Assembly: GCA_965112735.1 (NCBI GenBank)
Contig: OZ218963.1
Span: forward strand, 744,001 to 808,000
DNA length: 64,000 nucleotides
Direction: 5' to 3'
From: Phaeosaccion multiseriatum
Lineage: Eukaryota; Protista; Ochrophyta, other classes
Below the pieces are notes generated by a model. That model made no database searches. It was not told the origin of the DNA and saw nothing but the letters and a program-made list of their open reading frames with translations. How positions within the stretch are numbered: the stretch's first letter is position 1; every line of letters begins with the position of its first letter. The position numbers were made by a program, and so were the translations under genes. Shown here in pieces: positions 26,301 to 38,744 of the stretch.

Positions 26301-27709
26301 TCCTCCTCCTCCTTCTCCTCCTCCTCCTCCTCCTCCTCCTCCTCCTCCTCCTCCTCCTTCTCCTCCCACCCCCACCCCTCCGGCTCCATTGACGAAGACA
26401 GAGAGAGTGATAGTCCGCCAGCTCCACTCCATCCACTGCCATCCCCCATTCCAATCCCCAAATCCATGCCAATGACCCCCGCACTGACTCCTCCTCCTCC
26501 TCCTCCTCCTCCTCCTTCTTCTTCTTGTTGTTGTTGTTCTTCTTCCTGTTCTTCTTCTTCTTGTTCTTCTTCTTCGTCTCCTCCTCCTCCTCCTCCTCCT
26601 CCTCCTCCCGAACAGTAGCCCCCCTTGAAGCCAACCCCCACATACGATGACGCCGTAGCAGCGGTGGTGTTGTTGTCCTCACTCGTCGCGCTAAAGGCGG
26701 GGGAGGATGCCCGTGTGCGGCCGCCCTCGGAGAATGTGTAAGTAGGTGTAGGGGTACTAGAGGGTGTCAGGACGAAACGTTCGCCCAGGAGGCAGCAGCT
26801 ATCCGTCTCGGCCTCCTCGGTCCCACTCTCTTGTATCGCTTCCCCTCCATCGATGCTCTGGCTGTGACAGCTGCTCCTGCTTCCACCACCACCACCACCA
26901 TCACCACCACCACTACCACCACCACGAGCCACCCGCCCTCTACCCCGGCTCCGGCTGCTACTGCTACGACCACAGCCCTGCGTCATCAGAGGCAACTGCT
27001 CCAGTTGGTGATATGGAGGCTGATGCTGGCGCTGGTCCTGTTGGTCGTTATCGGTTTCGTCCTTGGGGGGGTTGTGATTACTCTCAGTCCTCCCGCTGTA
27101 TATGCCCCTCTCGTCAGGCCCTCCTCCCTCCTGCCGGTCTGCTGCTTGGCACTGGCTCCAAAGGTAGCCCCCCCCCCGCCAAGTGCTGTCTGCCTCAGAG
27201 GATTGGGCTTGGCGACGACCATCGGCCCGCGGCTCTTCCGGCCGTACCACCAACTGCTGCCCTTGGTCTTGTTGCGGTTGCGGTTGCGGTTGCGGTTGCG
27301 GTTGCGGTTGCTGTTGCTGTTGATGTTGTTCATGTCGTTGTCGTTGTTGTTGCTGTTCTCGTTGCTTTCGTTGCTGCCGCTGCTCTCTTCGAGGTGGTTG
27401 CTCCTCCTCCTCGTCCTCCTCCTCCTCCTCCTCCTCCTCCTCCTCCTCCTCCTCCTCCGCCTCCTCCTCCCCCCCCTTCTCCTCCTCCTGCGGCTGTATC
27501 ACCAACTGCTGTATTACCAGCTGCTCATTCCATAGCACCAACAGCTGCATCATCTGCAAGTGCCCCGTTGTGGCAGCCTCGTGCAATGCTGAGTTTCCCT
27601 CGTGACTGACAATGGCTCTTGATGCCCCTGCCCTAAGCAGTGCCGCAGCCACCCCCAGCCGCCCCTCCCCGGCCGCCACGTGGAGGGGCGAACGGCCTCC
27701 AGAGTCCAC

Positions 27710-27746
<37 letters not shown>

Positions 27747-28241
27747 GAGAGAGAGGAAGAGAGAGAGAGAGAGAGAAGGAGAGAGAGAAGGAGAGAGAAG
27801 GAGAGAGAGAGAAGGAGAGAGAGAGAAGAGAGAGAGAGAAGGAGAGAGAGAGAAGAGAGAGAGAGAGGGAGAGAGAGAAAGAGACAGAGAGAGGAGAGAT
27901 AGAAGGAGAGAGAGAGAAAGAGAGAGAGGAGAGAGAGAGAGAGAGAAGAGAGAGAAGACAATAAGCACAGGAGCGCGAGGGGGTGAATCAGACCCCCTAG
28001 GGAAGTAGGACTAAACCCCTGGGGAAGAAGGACGTGGGAGTTGGAAGTTGGACAGCATATAGTACACCCTTAAGGTGCCATCTATGGCTTGCCTAAAAGT
28101 AACGTCAGTAGGACTCACCTTGTTGGGATCGGCTCCACTCCGGAGCAGCAGCTGCACACACGCCTCAGCAGGGCTGCTCCCTTTGCCGTCACTCACGGCG
28201 TGGAGGGGAGTGCGCGACTGTGGCGGGACGGAGAAGCGAGT

Positions 28242-28286
<45 letters not shown>

Positions 28287-30828
28287 CGACGACGACGATG
28301 ACGACGATGACGACGACGATGACGAACAAACAACAGCAGCACAACAGCAGTACAACAGAGAGTTGGCGCAGGAGCCAATGAAGCAACCAACAGCGAACAA
28401 CCACAGAACAAACACACGACCCACAGAAGAGAAGCCGCGGCCGGTCGAGGAGCTGTGTTCCTTCATCCCCATCTCTTGAAGGCTCTCCCCTCCTTCGGTG
28501 TGTCCCCTTATCTTGCATGACAACAAGTAGAGCAACCCTTTGACTCTTTGCATTTTTTCTGTAACCGCCACATCAAAGCGTTTCTCTGCCTGCTCTTCTT
28601 CTCTTCCCTGCCTCGGGTCGGCCGTTCACGCACACACACACACACTCACACCCACGCACAACACACACACACCCCCACACACGCACCCACACGCACCCGC
28701 GGCTCCCTCTCCCCCCCTCCAACCTTACCTGATCATCTGTGGCGTTGGGGTCGGCTCCATTGTCCAGCAGGAACTGCATCCCGTCGTGGAAACACAAGGA
28801 CGACACAAGGTGCAGTGCGCTCTGGCCTCGAGCATTCCTCGCGTTGGGATCGGACAGATCCAGCATTGGCTGTATCACCAACTGCTGCTGCTGCTGCTGC
28901 TGAGGATGCGACTGGGAAGCAGAAAGGGAGGATGACGAGTCTTCTTCTTCCTCCTCCTCTCCTCCACAAGGACGGTTGTCGCTCTTGAAGGCGATGCCTT
29001 TTTCTCCTTCTCCTTGATGTCCTCCCAGCGCCGCATCCGTGTGTCTAGACTCGTACTCCTCGCCGTCGTCTACCTGCTCGCGCTCCTCCTCTTGCTCCGG
29101 TGGGTTCTCTGCCCATCCTTGCGAAGGTTCTTCCCATTGGCTTTCGCCGGTGGCAGCGTTGTAGAAGTACGGATAACCCTCTTCCAGAGTTGTGTACCTG
29201 ACCCAGGGGGTGGCGCTTCGGGCCTCTGCGGCAGTTGGTGATATATCAGCCTCTGCTGCCTCATACGCTGGGGCCTCCTCCCCCTCCTCCTCCTCCTCCT
29301 CCTCCTCCTGCGGCTGCTGCTCCTCCTCCTCCTCCTCCTCCTCCTCCTCCTCCTCCTCCTCCTTCTCCTCCTTCTCCTCCTCCTCCTCCTCCTGCTGCTG
29401 CTCCTCCTCCTCCTGCTCCTGCTCCTCCTCTTCCTCCTCCCCCTCCTCCTCCTCCTCCTCCGCCCCATCCACTGCCATCCAAACGCTGGGCCGCTCCCCC
29501 CCTTCTCCCCCTCCTCCTTGTTGATGCCGCTCCTCCTCGAGCGCAGACGCAGAGAGACGTACCAAGCCCTCTTCCTCCTCCTCCTCCTCCTCCTCCTCCT
29601 CCCCCTCTTCCTCCCCCCCCCACCTCGCACCGTACCCCGTGCCCTTGTCCCCTCGGGGTGGCACCACCATCGGATCCAGGGGGACGGTAGCCCCGGGGGG
29701 AGCCGCCGCCTCCGGAGACGACACCGATGCAGCCGGACGCATTACGTCCTTTTTTCGCAGAGTCGCCTCTCTGCACCTCCCTTCCTCCTCTGCTTGTTCT
29801 TCCCTCTCCCCCTGGACCCCTTGCCTACCCGACCCCGCTTGTGTACACTCTCCCTCTCCCGCCTCCACCTCCAACTCCAGCTCCACCTCTACCAATCCTG
29901 CCGCATTCTTATTCTCTTTGCCATGCGTATCGTCGTCGCCAACACTGCCCGCCTCGTTCCTTGCACCGTCCTTGGCCACCGATTGGCTCGGCCTCTCCCC
30001 GCTCTGCCCCCCCCCGACGGAACGATCACCTTGGTGACCCACCGCAGTGCTTGCGTGTCCGAGGTTGGCCTCCTCCTGCTCCCCCTGGTGTAGCTCTTGT
30101 CGATACTGGTGCTGTTGCTGCTGCTCGTCCTCCACTTGTTTCATTTTCATCGCCGAGTTTGCTCCAGCATACCCTACGTGTGCAGTCGCCCCCATTTCCC
30201 CTTCCCCTGCGCGCCCTGCCCCTGCTGCTGCAACCAGGCCACACACCCTCTGTATACTGCCGTCCGCTTCAGCCCCCTTCCCACCTACTGCTTGTTCCGT
30301 ATGCAGCGGCTCCTCCTCCTCCTCCTCTTGGAGTAAGAGGCTCTCTTCTTCCCAGCTCTTCTCGTATAGTAGGTGCGGGGGTGGCCCAGCGCTGCCCTCG
30401 CTCCAAGATCTGACTCCCTCTTCCACCCCCATCTTCCTCTCCTCCCCTGGTGGAGCGGCTACACCACCGTGAGGTGGGGCTTGGAAATGGTGCGTTGGAG
30501 ACAGAGACCTGGCGGAAGTTGTGGTGCCGTCTGAGTCCTCTTCGTTGGCGTCATGAACCCACTCACCTTGCGCATCCGCACCATGGATCTTTGCGCTGCC
30601 ACCTCCACTGCTGCTTCGCCTTCGACCTATACTGCTGCTGTTGCTTCTGCTGCTGCTGCTACTGCTGTTAAGCACAAACCTTCCCGCCTCATCCTCTGCG
30701 GCCACAGGCTTGGGGGTGCAAAGATGATCCGGCCTTTCTTTCAACAGCTCGTTGCCTACCATGTTGCTGTCCTCTTTGGGCCGACTCCCGTGGACAGAAG
30801 GAGTAGTGGCAGACGGTGCCGTGATCAT
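20390..30828 (-). CDS. Large low-complexity ankyrin-repeat and WW-domain protein
   Basis: Exons ~30828-28728, 28220-28119, 27709-25361, 24508-24172, 23765-23399, 23039-22970, 22797-20390. WW motifs [27 protein letters not shown] and [29 protein letters not shown] motifs [50 protein letters not shown]. Start and end uncertain. Confidence 0.8.
22806..22893. repeat. 22-bp tandem repeat x4
   Basis: (ACACACCCAGGGGGGGACAGAC)4 next to a splice acceptor. Confidence 0.9.
24630..25326. repeat. (GGTA)n microsatellite, ~700 bp
   Basis: Fills most of an ANK-gene intron. Confidence 0.95.
28057..28106 (-). mobile_element. ~50-bp copy of the CRE-like element 3' flank
   Basis: TACACCCTTAAGGTGCCATCTATGGCTTGCCTAAAAGTAACGTC matches 12251-12292. 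Confidence 0.55.
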
Positions 30829-33037
30829 GATAGGGTTCGTGCTGCTGCTCCTCACCTCCTCACCTCCTCACCATACTCGGCCATATCCGTTACATCGCTA
30901 CCCCACTTTCCCAGCTCCTTGCGCCACCCCCAGACCTCTTCGCCGGCCCTTCGCTCCCCTGCTCACGCATTCATATCGCAGACAGACCGCTGCCGTAAAG
31001 AGAGGAGGTAAGAGAGAAGAGAGGCAGGGGAAATAAAAGGGCAAGACACTCACTCCCTATACCCCTCCCCGCGGCAAACTGGAATTGTGAAACCGAATCC
31101 GCCTTGCTTGGACCTCCCGAGGAGGGAGGAGGACTGGGAGTGGCGCACATTGGAGCTGCGGAGAAAGGAGCAGGATGTAGGAGTGTCAGGTAGCTGGGAT
31201 ACAAAGGAAGGGAAAGTCTTGGCCGGCGCGTGTGGCAGCAGATTCGTTCTGCCACGGGTTGGGTTTCGCGGCTTTCTTTTGCATGCATCGACTGGCTGTG
31301 GCATTGCCTGCACCTCCCGCCCTGATGCGGCCCCCGAGAAGAAGGAGAGGGGGAGAATCCGGAGTGCCGGGTGTCTCTGTCGATGGCGACGGCTTCGAGG
31401 TGTGTGTGAGAGAGAGACGGTGAGGGGGATGGCATGGCTGGCTGGACACTCTCCTGCCTCGCTCGCTCCAGCCTGACCTTCTCCCTCTCTCCCCCCCCCC
31501 AACTGGCTGGCGCTGAGAACGGGCCCAGGAGATGGCTGGGGGACACACATCGCCATTCCGTCGCTCTCTTGTATTATTTACTTCATGACGCACAGGCCGA
31601 GCTCTGCGGTCCGCTCCAGGTAGTAGCTGCCTGGTGAGGTCAGGGTCTGGTGGTGACAAAACTGGCTGGAGCGACGAGCGAGGCGGCGAGGAGGACAACT
31701 CCCTGAGGTGTGTGCAGCCTCTCCTTGCTTGTCCAACTGTTGTGAGTCTCTTCTAGACAAGGTTTTCTCGATACACGGGAACAAAAGCTACTTGCCTACA
31801 CGCAACTTCCTCTCTCCCACCCTCTCTACTTCTCGTTATCCTCTCTCTGTCTGCCTGGCTCTCTCTCCCTTTCGTTCTCCCTTCCTTCCTTCTTGCCATA
31901 CAAGCAAGCATACACCCAGTGGACCCCCCCCCAACCCCCTGCCTGCCTCTTCAATCCCAGGGCCAGCCAGTGGCTGCTAGTAGAAGAAGGGCTGGGCAGG
32001 TTGATCTCTTCAGCCAACCTCGTCCAGCCACTGCCCTGGCTGCTTGACGCATGTGCCACAAGCAAAGACACAAGGCTACGCAGGCGAGAGCGGCCTCGGC
32101 CTTCGAGAGGCGCGGCGTGCGTGAGGAAGCAAGGGGCGCCTCGCAGCCACTCACCCGTGGAGCCCTTGCTTCTGTTAAGAAAGTCGTACTTTTGCTAGAC
32201 TGACACCTATCCAAGTACGACTCTTACCACTTCCCCTCGGTGGGTGCCGGTGTGGCAGAGCTCTGGTGGTGGCTGGCTGGTAGGGACGATGAGCCTGCGG
32301 CTGATGGCGGAGTTGGTGAGGTGGAGGAGTGGGGGGTGAGCTCACTCACTGGAGCGACAGACAGAGTGTAAGAGTCGAACTTTTGCTATACTTAGACGAA
32401 CACCTCTCCTCTGAAATTTCGCACCGTAGTAGGGTGGGTGTTTAGTACAAGTCCGGCGAAAGTGCGACTCTTAACAACAGCAAGACACACTCGGACAACG
32501 TGGTGCACTCACTCACACACGCACTCACTCACAAGGAATAGTTCTGTTGATACGTGTCTTTTGTTTTTCTGAGCAAGTTCGCTCTATAGCTCATATCGGC
32601 CCCTGACGGGATTCTGATGGCCTCTGCAGGGCGTATTCCGGATTCTGATGGCCTCTGCAGGGCGGATTCCGGGTTCTGGGCGGTGCGCCTTAGAAATAAG
32701 GCAATGAATGATGTCATAATTTGTGCGTAAAACCAAGGATGGTTTGTGGATTCTGGTGTCGGCTCCAGGGAGGATTGTTTGTCTGGATCCTGGCTCCTGG
32801 GCCGTAGCCCCCTCCTGGCTTCGGGCTTCTGGCCGCAGGCCAGACGGTTTGGCTTCTGGCTTCTCAGGCTGGGAGGGGGGTGGGGGCTTGCTACTGTCCT
32901 CCTACTTCTGCTTATCGGGGGGCAGAGAAACCTCGCCTGGAGCCGACTGGTAACCTCTACTTCCTTGCTTCCCGATTCTTGCTTCCCCCCTCAGTATCTA
33001 ATAATACACTCACTCCCTCACTCACTCAATACTATAC

Positions 33038-33195
33038 TCGACCCCTGGCTGACACGCTATCGCCCACTTTCTCGATAGCGCGCCGGCTGGCGCCCGCGAT
33101 AGCGGATAGCACGCCCCCCCCCCCCCCCAAAGCCGGCTGGCGCCGGCGATAGCGGATAGCGCGCCGGCGATAGCGGATAGCGTGTCAGTGGTCGA
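33038..33195. mobile_element. MITE-like element (TCGACCCCTG family), copy 1
   Basis: Imperfect TIRs TCGACCCCTG(GCTG)ACACGCTATC...GATAGCGTGTCAGTGGTCGA; internal GATAGCGGATAGC repeats. Confidence 0.8.
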
Positions 33196-33381
33196 CAATT
33201 ATGACACTCATTAAGTCGATCATCATTGTTTTGCACGTCAGAGACCTTCAGGAGGTACTTGGGGTTCAATTGTTTCCCCTCACCGTTTCCAGTTGAACGT
33301 ATTCTGGATTACAAGTGATTCCATAATGAGTACGTAACGTTAGTAAGGTCGATTACATCATCAGCATGGCGGAAGTTGGGG

Positions 33382-33819
33382 ATGTCGTTGAGGCAGCTCA
33401 ACCTCAGCGGCGGAGGCTCCTTGCCCTGGCAGAGCTTCCAAATGACTTCTCCCTTCCTTCAAGCCAAAATCACACTTGCAAACACACTTGCAAACACAAC
33501 CGTGCCCTCCACATCCGAGGATACGTCTGCTGCAGTTCAACACGCTTGCAGTGTTCTGCAGAGCATTGATATTGCTGGAGTGAGTGAGTGAGTGAGTGCC
33601 ATTGCGCCAAAAGCCGTTGCTCCTCTGATGTGCTCACCAAAGTAACTGCAAGGATTTCCGATAGGCATGTCTTCTGTGGAGAAAGAGGAGTCTCAGATTG
33701 GGTTACGGTGAGCCTTGTGCTTTGCTTCTGGTGAGGATGAGCGTACGAGGCGAGAAACAGCGGAAAAGTTGTGAGGGGGAGGGCTGCTCGCGTATCGCGT
33801 ACTTCGGGCTCGAAGGTGC

Positions 33820-33859
<40 letters not shown>

Positions 33860-35354
33860 TAACTGGCTGACTTCTGCTGCGGCTGCTCTGCTGCTGCTGC
33901 TCGGTTCCTGCTCCGCCTTGTTATTGCGGCGTGGAGGGAGCTACTAATTTTTCCTGTTCTTTCGTCGTCTCTGCAAACCGCGTACCAGGGAACAAGCCGC
34001 TGTTCTGCTCCAAGCATAAACTTCCCAACATGACAGATGTCAAGCACAAGCGCTGCGAAGGCGAAGGCTGCAACAAGCACCCCAGCTTCGGCATGGAGGG
34101 GCTCAAGGCGCGCTTCTGTGCCTCGCACAAGATCTTCGGGATGGTGGTGAGTGGAGCAAGCCCGATGGAATGTATCTCCCTCTCCTCGTTGTGACGGACA
34201 GTATGTGTCTCGATCCGAGCAAGCAGTGGTAGTGTGAGTGATTTGACGGAATGCGCGAGCGAGGTAGTGAGTGAGTGCGTGAGTAACCGTGGCCTACCCT
34301 TCTGTTGTTGCTGCTGCTGCTGCTGCTGCTGTTGAAGTGCCCATGGCGTCTGGCAGCTTTCCCTCCCTCCCTCCTTACCAAACCTGTCTCTCCATCCCCT
34401 CTTCCTTGTCTCACGCGTCACTCTCTCACTCTACCTATCACGTACAAACAACTAAACACACAAACACACAGGATGTCAAGAGCAAGAGGTGCGAGACGGA
34501 GGGCTGCTCAAGAGAGCCCAGCTTCGCGAACAGAGGGGAAAAGCCCAGGTTCTGTAGTGCACACAAGAGTCCAGCGATGGTGGTGAGTTGAGTGAGTGAT
34601 ACTAACTTAGTGGAAGTCACGCGCGGGGAGCGAGAGGTCAAGCAGTCAACCATACATAGAAGGGTCTTGGATTCGGTGATGACCGATGGCCGATGACCCT
34701 TGTCAGGCAGGAAGGTGTTGAAAGAGGCTCTGAAGCGAGCGGGGGGAGGTGCTGACAGAAAGGCTCATTTCCAAAACCCCCCGTTCACTCGCTCTTTTCC
34801 CTCCTGTCTGTCCTCCTCGATCACTCACTCCCTCCCTCCATCCCTTCCTCCCGTTGGGTCTCTCAGGACGTGAAGCACAAGCGCTGCGAGGCGTCAAGCT
34901 GTTCCAAAGCGTCTCAGTTCGGCTTTCCAGGCGAGACGCCGCGCTTCTGTATAGCACACAAACAGCCTCGCATGTTGGTGAGTCCCGATCTACGCCTCCT
35001 ATATATATATGTGTGTGTATATATATATAATTATGTATGTATATATTATTATTATGCGGGCCGTAAGGCAGTTAGCGTCTCTTGTTTTCTTCGTACTTGC
35101 TTAATAACCGTCTTACTCAAATCGCAGCAGTCACTCGCTCGCTCTTCCCTCCCATTGGTGATGAATGAGCCTCGGAGCCATCGTGCCTGCCCTGCACCAA
35201 TAACTAAACACACACCGCTTTGCTTTGCTTTGCTTTGTCCCTTGACAAAGGGGGGCTGTCGATCGGTAGGCCTTCTTTACTCACGACCCTTTAACCCCCC
35301 CCCCCCCCCCCAACTTTTGTACATGCATTAATCTATCCAACGATACTAAATATA

Positions 35355-35399
<45 letters not shown>

Positions 35400-35788
35400 T
35401 CGGCCGCCCGTCACGCTTCAAACAGAGCATCAAGGGCACTGAAGTGTCGTCAACACGGAGAGCGACGGCTAGATCCTTCTCCAAGAAGCGGAAACTGTCT
35501 ACGGGGGGGCGGCAGCCTGAGCAATGGTCTGCCACTGGTGCTTATGCCGCCTCTGTCAAAGCAGTAAGAGGAGGAGGAGGAAAAGGACGAGGAGGAGGAG
35601 GAGGAGGAGGAGGAGGAGGAGGAGGAGGAGGAGGAGGAGTTGGTGATACAGGGGTGCAAGAAGGCATAGAAAGAGAGATGGCATTGGCTGCGGGAGCTTT
35701 GACACGTCCGATGTTGGGACGAAGGAGGGTGTCTACGACAATGACGGACAGCGGGGTGGGGTTAGGTGAGCATCGGGTAGACCACCAC

Positions 35789-35840
<52 letters not shown>

Positions 35841-37198
35841 GGTTGGTGGTACAGCAGCAACAACAGCAGCAGTGGCCTGGGATAGCAGAATGGGACCAGA
35901 GTCAGGGGAGGGAGCGCGATAGCAGTGGTAGCAGTGAAAGCAGTTCCGGCACCGGTCAGGTGGAGACACGAGGGGGAGGAGCTGAAGCAGCAGGGGCAGC
36001 AGCAGCGGAAGGAGGAGGAGATGGAGATGGACTGCTTACTTTGGGGCGGAGCATGAACCAGAGTAGTGCGGCGATGTTGGGCGAGTTTGCAGGCGTGGTT
36101 TTGGGACCCCCGCAGCACCAGCTGCAGATGCAACTGAACTATTCCTTCTCACCGTACTCTTGGGAGGGAATGGGACAGCAACAGCAGCAGCAGCAGCAGC
36201 AGCAGTATCTGTCGCAGCATCTCCTGCTGCCTCAACTCCCACTGCAGCAGCAAAGGCAGCAGCACTTGATGCATCAACTTTATCAGCAGCAGCAGTTGGT
36301 GATACAGCAGCAGAGCCTTGAGTGGCAGCAGTTCCAACGTCAGCAGGGGAACGTGAGGCTCGCTCTCGATCAGCAGCAGCAGCAGCAGGAGCAGCAGCAG
36401 GAGCAGCAGCAGGAGCAGGAGCAACAGGAGTCTGTTGGTGCGATGCCGTTGCCAGTTTCCAACGGAATAGAAACAGCAAGAAGAAAAGCAACACTAGCAG
36501 CAGGAGCAGGAGGTGGTGGAGCAGCAGCAGCAGGAGCAGGAGCAGGAGCAAGAGCAGGAGCAGGCGATGCCGCTGCGCCGCCTTCGTTGCCTTCCTTCTC
36601 GTCATTGGAGATGGTGCCAGCTTCGTTACCTTCGTGCTCGTCATTGGATGCGATGGTCGGATTGGGAAACTTGACCTCCCCTTCGGCACATGCGGAGAGA
36701 CAAAGCACGAGCAGCAATGGCGGTGGCAATGGGGTGATAGAGCAGCACAGCCTTGAGTGGCAGCAGTTCCAACGTCAGCAGCTGAACGTGAGGCTCGCTC
36801 TCCATCTCGATCAGCAGCAGCAACAGGAGTCTGTTGGTGCGATGCCGTTGCCAGTTTCCAAGGGAACAGCAACAGCAAGAAGAAGAGCAGCAACAACAGC
36901 CGGAGCAGGAGGTGGTGGTGCAGGAGGAGGCGATGCCGCTATGCCGCCTTCGTTGCCTTCCTTCTCGTCATTGGAGATGGTGCCAGCTTCGTTACCTTCG
37001 TGCTCGTCATTGGATACGATGGTCGGATTGGGAAACTTGACCTCCTCTTCGGCACATGCGGAGAGACAAAGCGCGAGCAGCAATGACGGTGGCAATGGGG
37101 TGATACAGCAGCAGTTCGTGATAGAGCAGCACAGCCCTGAGTGGCAGCAGTTCCAACGTCAGCAGCTGGCCGTGAGGCTCGCTCTCGATCTCGATTAG
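33382..37198 (+). CDS. EsV-1-7 cysteine-rich repeat protein with Q/G-rich repetitive C-terminus
   Basis: Repeats DVKHKRCEGEGCNKHPSFG...FCASHK, DVKSKRCETEGCSREPSF...FCSAHK and DVKHKRCEASSCSKASQFG...FCIAHK. Exons 33989-34146, 34472-34582, 34867-34977, 35427-37198. The 5' exons (~33382-33579, 33665-33707) are tentative. Confidence 0.85.
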
Positions 37199-37535
37199 TA
37201 GCAGCAGCAGCAGGAGCAGGAGCAGGAGCAACAGGAGTCTGTTGGTGCGATGCCGTTGCCAGTTTCCAAGGGAATAGCAACAGCGAAAAGAAGAGCAGCC
37301 GCAACAGCAAAGCAGGAGCAGGAGGTGGTGGAGCAGCAGCAGCAGGAGGAGGAGGAGGAGCAAGAGCAGGAGCAGGCGATGCCGCTACGCCAGCTTCGTC
37401 ACCTTCGTGCTCGTCAGTGGAGATGGTGCCACCTTCGTTACCTTCGTGCTCGTCATTGGAGAGGATGGTCGGATTGGGAGACGTGTCCTCCTCTTCGGCC
37501 CATGCAGAGAGACAAAGCACGAGCAGCCATGGCAT
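36300..37535 (+). repeat. Three ~390-430-bp tandem repeats in/after the last EsV-1-7 exon
   Basis: Unit SLEWQQFQRQQ..VRLALD..ESVGAMPLPVS..SLEMVPASLPSCSSL..MVGLG..SAHAERQS recurs three times. Confidence 0.9.
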
Positions 37536-38744
37536 GGGAGACGGCGCCTACCAAGGGGGGCACATCGCACGCGGTTCAGTCTCAGCTGACGGTAGTGGTA
37601 TGCCCGTTGGTGGTATGCCTGTGAGACTCCACATCGGTGGGAGGCGATCGGGGGCGGCGGCAAGTGACCATTTGTCAACAGCAGAAAGTCCACAGCAATA
37701 ATTGTCCTTCGCCCCCACGACAAACATATGATATGGCAAGTACTTGGTAGTACGTAGTACTTGGGTAGTACGTAGTAGTATACAGTAACCACCCTTGTAT
37801 CTACCATAGGCATCGCTCAGTTACACACACACAGCAGTGCAAGTTTTTTTTTGTTTTTTTGGTTCAATTTCTTTTTTTGATAAATCAATTCAGATACTGT
37901 CCTGTGTAGCGAAGGGAAAAGAGTGAGTGAGTGAGCGAGTTGAGTTTGTAATATAAAAATACTTGTAATTTTATATTGGAAGAAATACAAAGTAATGTGG
38001 GAGGTTCGAAGCTGTTGGGACCAGAAAAAAGGGCACCCACCCCCTCTGCCCGTTCCAGCCAGCCCTTAAGGGCGTTTCAAGAAGCTTCTCCTCTTCCCTC
38101 CCACCGTTTCAAACGTTTCAGAAAGGTCCCACCTGCTGTAAGGGGCTCTGTCCACCCGCTGTGTCTCCCCACACTTCAGCCCCACCAACCTCCCCCCTGC
38201 CCATCAACTCAAAGCCGCTAAGTGTAGTATTGTATATTCGGCTTTCCTTACTGTACTCAGCGGCTGCTTGTGCTACGGCTCGGTGATGCCACGGCTGGTT
38301 TGGTGCCCTCCACAACAACCGAACAACCAACGCATGTGGAAGGGTGTGAGGGTGAGTCCATGGACGTACCATGAGTTTCGAGCGATTGCCCGCCCGCCCA
38401 CACACCACTAGAGCCTTCTTTCAGCCCTTTCCAACTGCCGATTCGTCTCTCCCCCCCCCCCCCTCCCGCCTCCCTCCTCCCTCCCAACCCCTAGCGGTAG
38501 CGTGTGCCGTGCACCTCATCGATTGATTGAATGAAAGCCTGCATACACGCGCAACAGTAGAGAAATACGCAGGGCATGGCGCACCCTCCCTTCCTCCTCC
38601 GGCTCTCCCTCCCACTCACTGCACCCACCCACACACACACACACCAGGCCTAGCTCCTCCTCCTCCTCCTCCTCCTCCTCCTCCTCCTCTTCCTCCTCCT
38701 CCTCCTCCTCCTCCTCCTCCTCCTCTTCCTCCTCCTCCTCCTCC

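Noticed and set aside
37196-37201. TAG reassigned to Gln (alternative genetic code)
   Set aside because: No in-frame TAG in the conserved genes, and a downstream frameshift shows decay.
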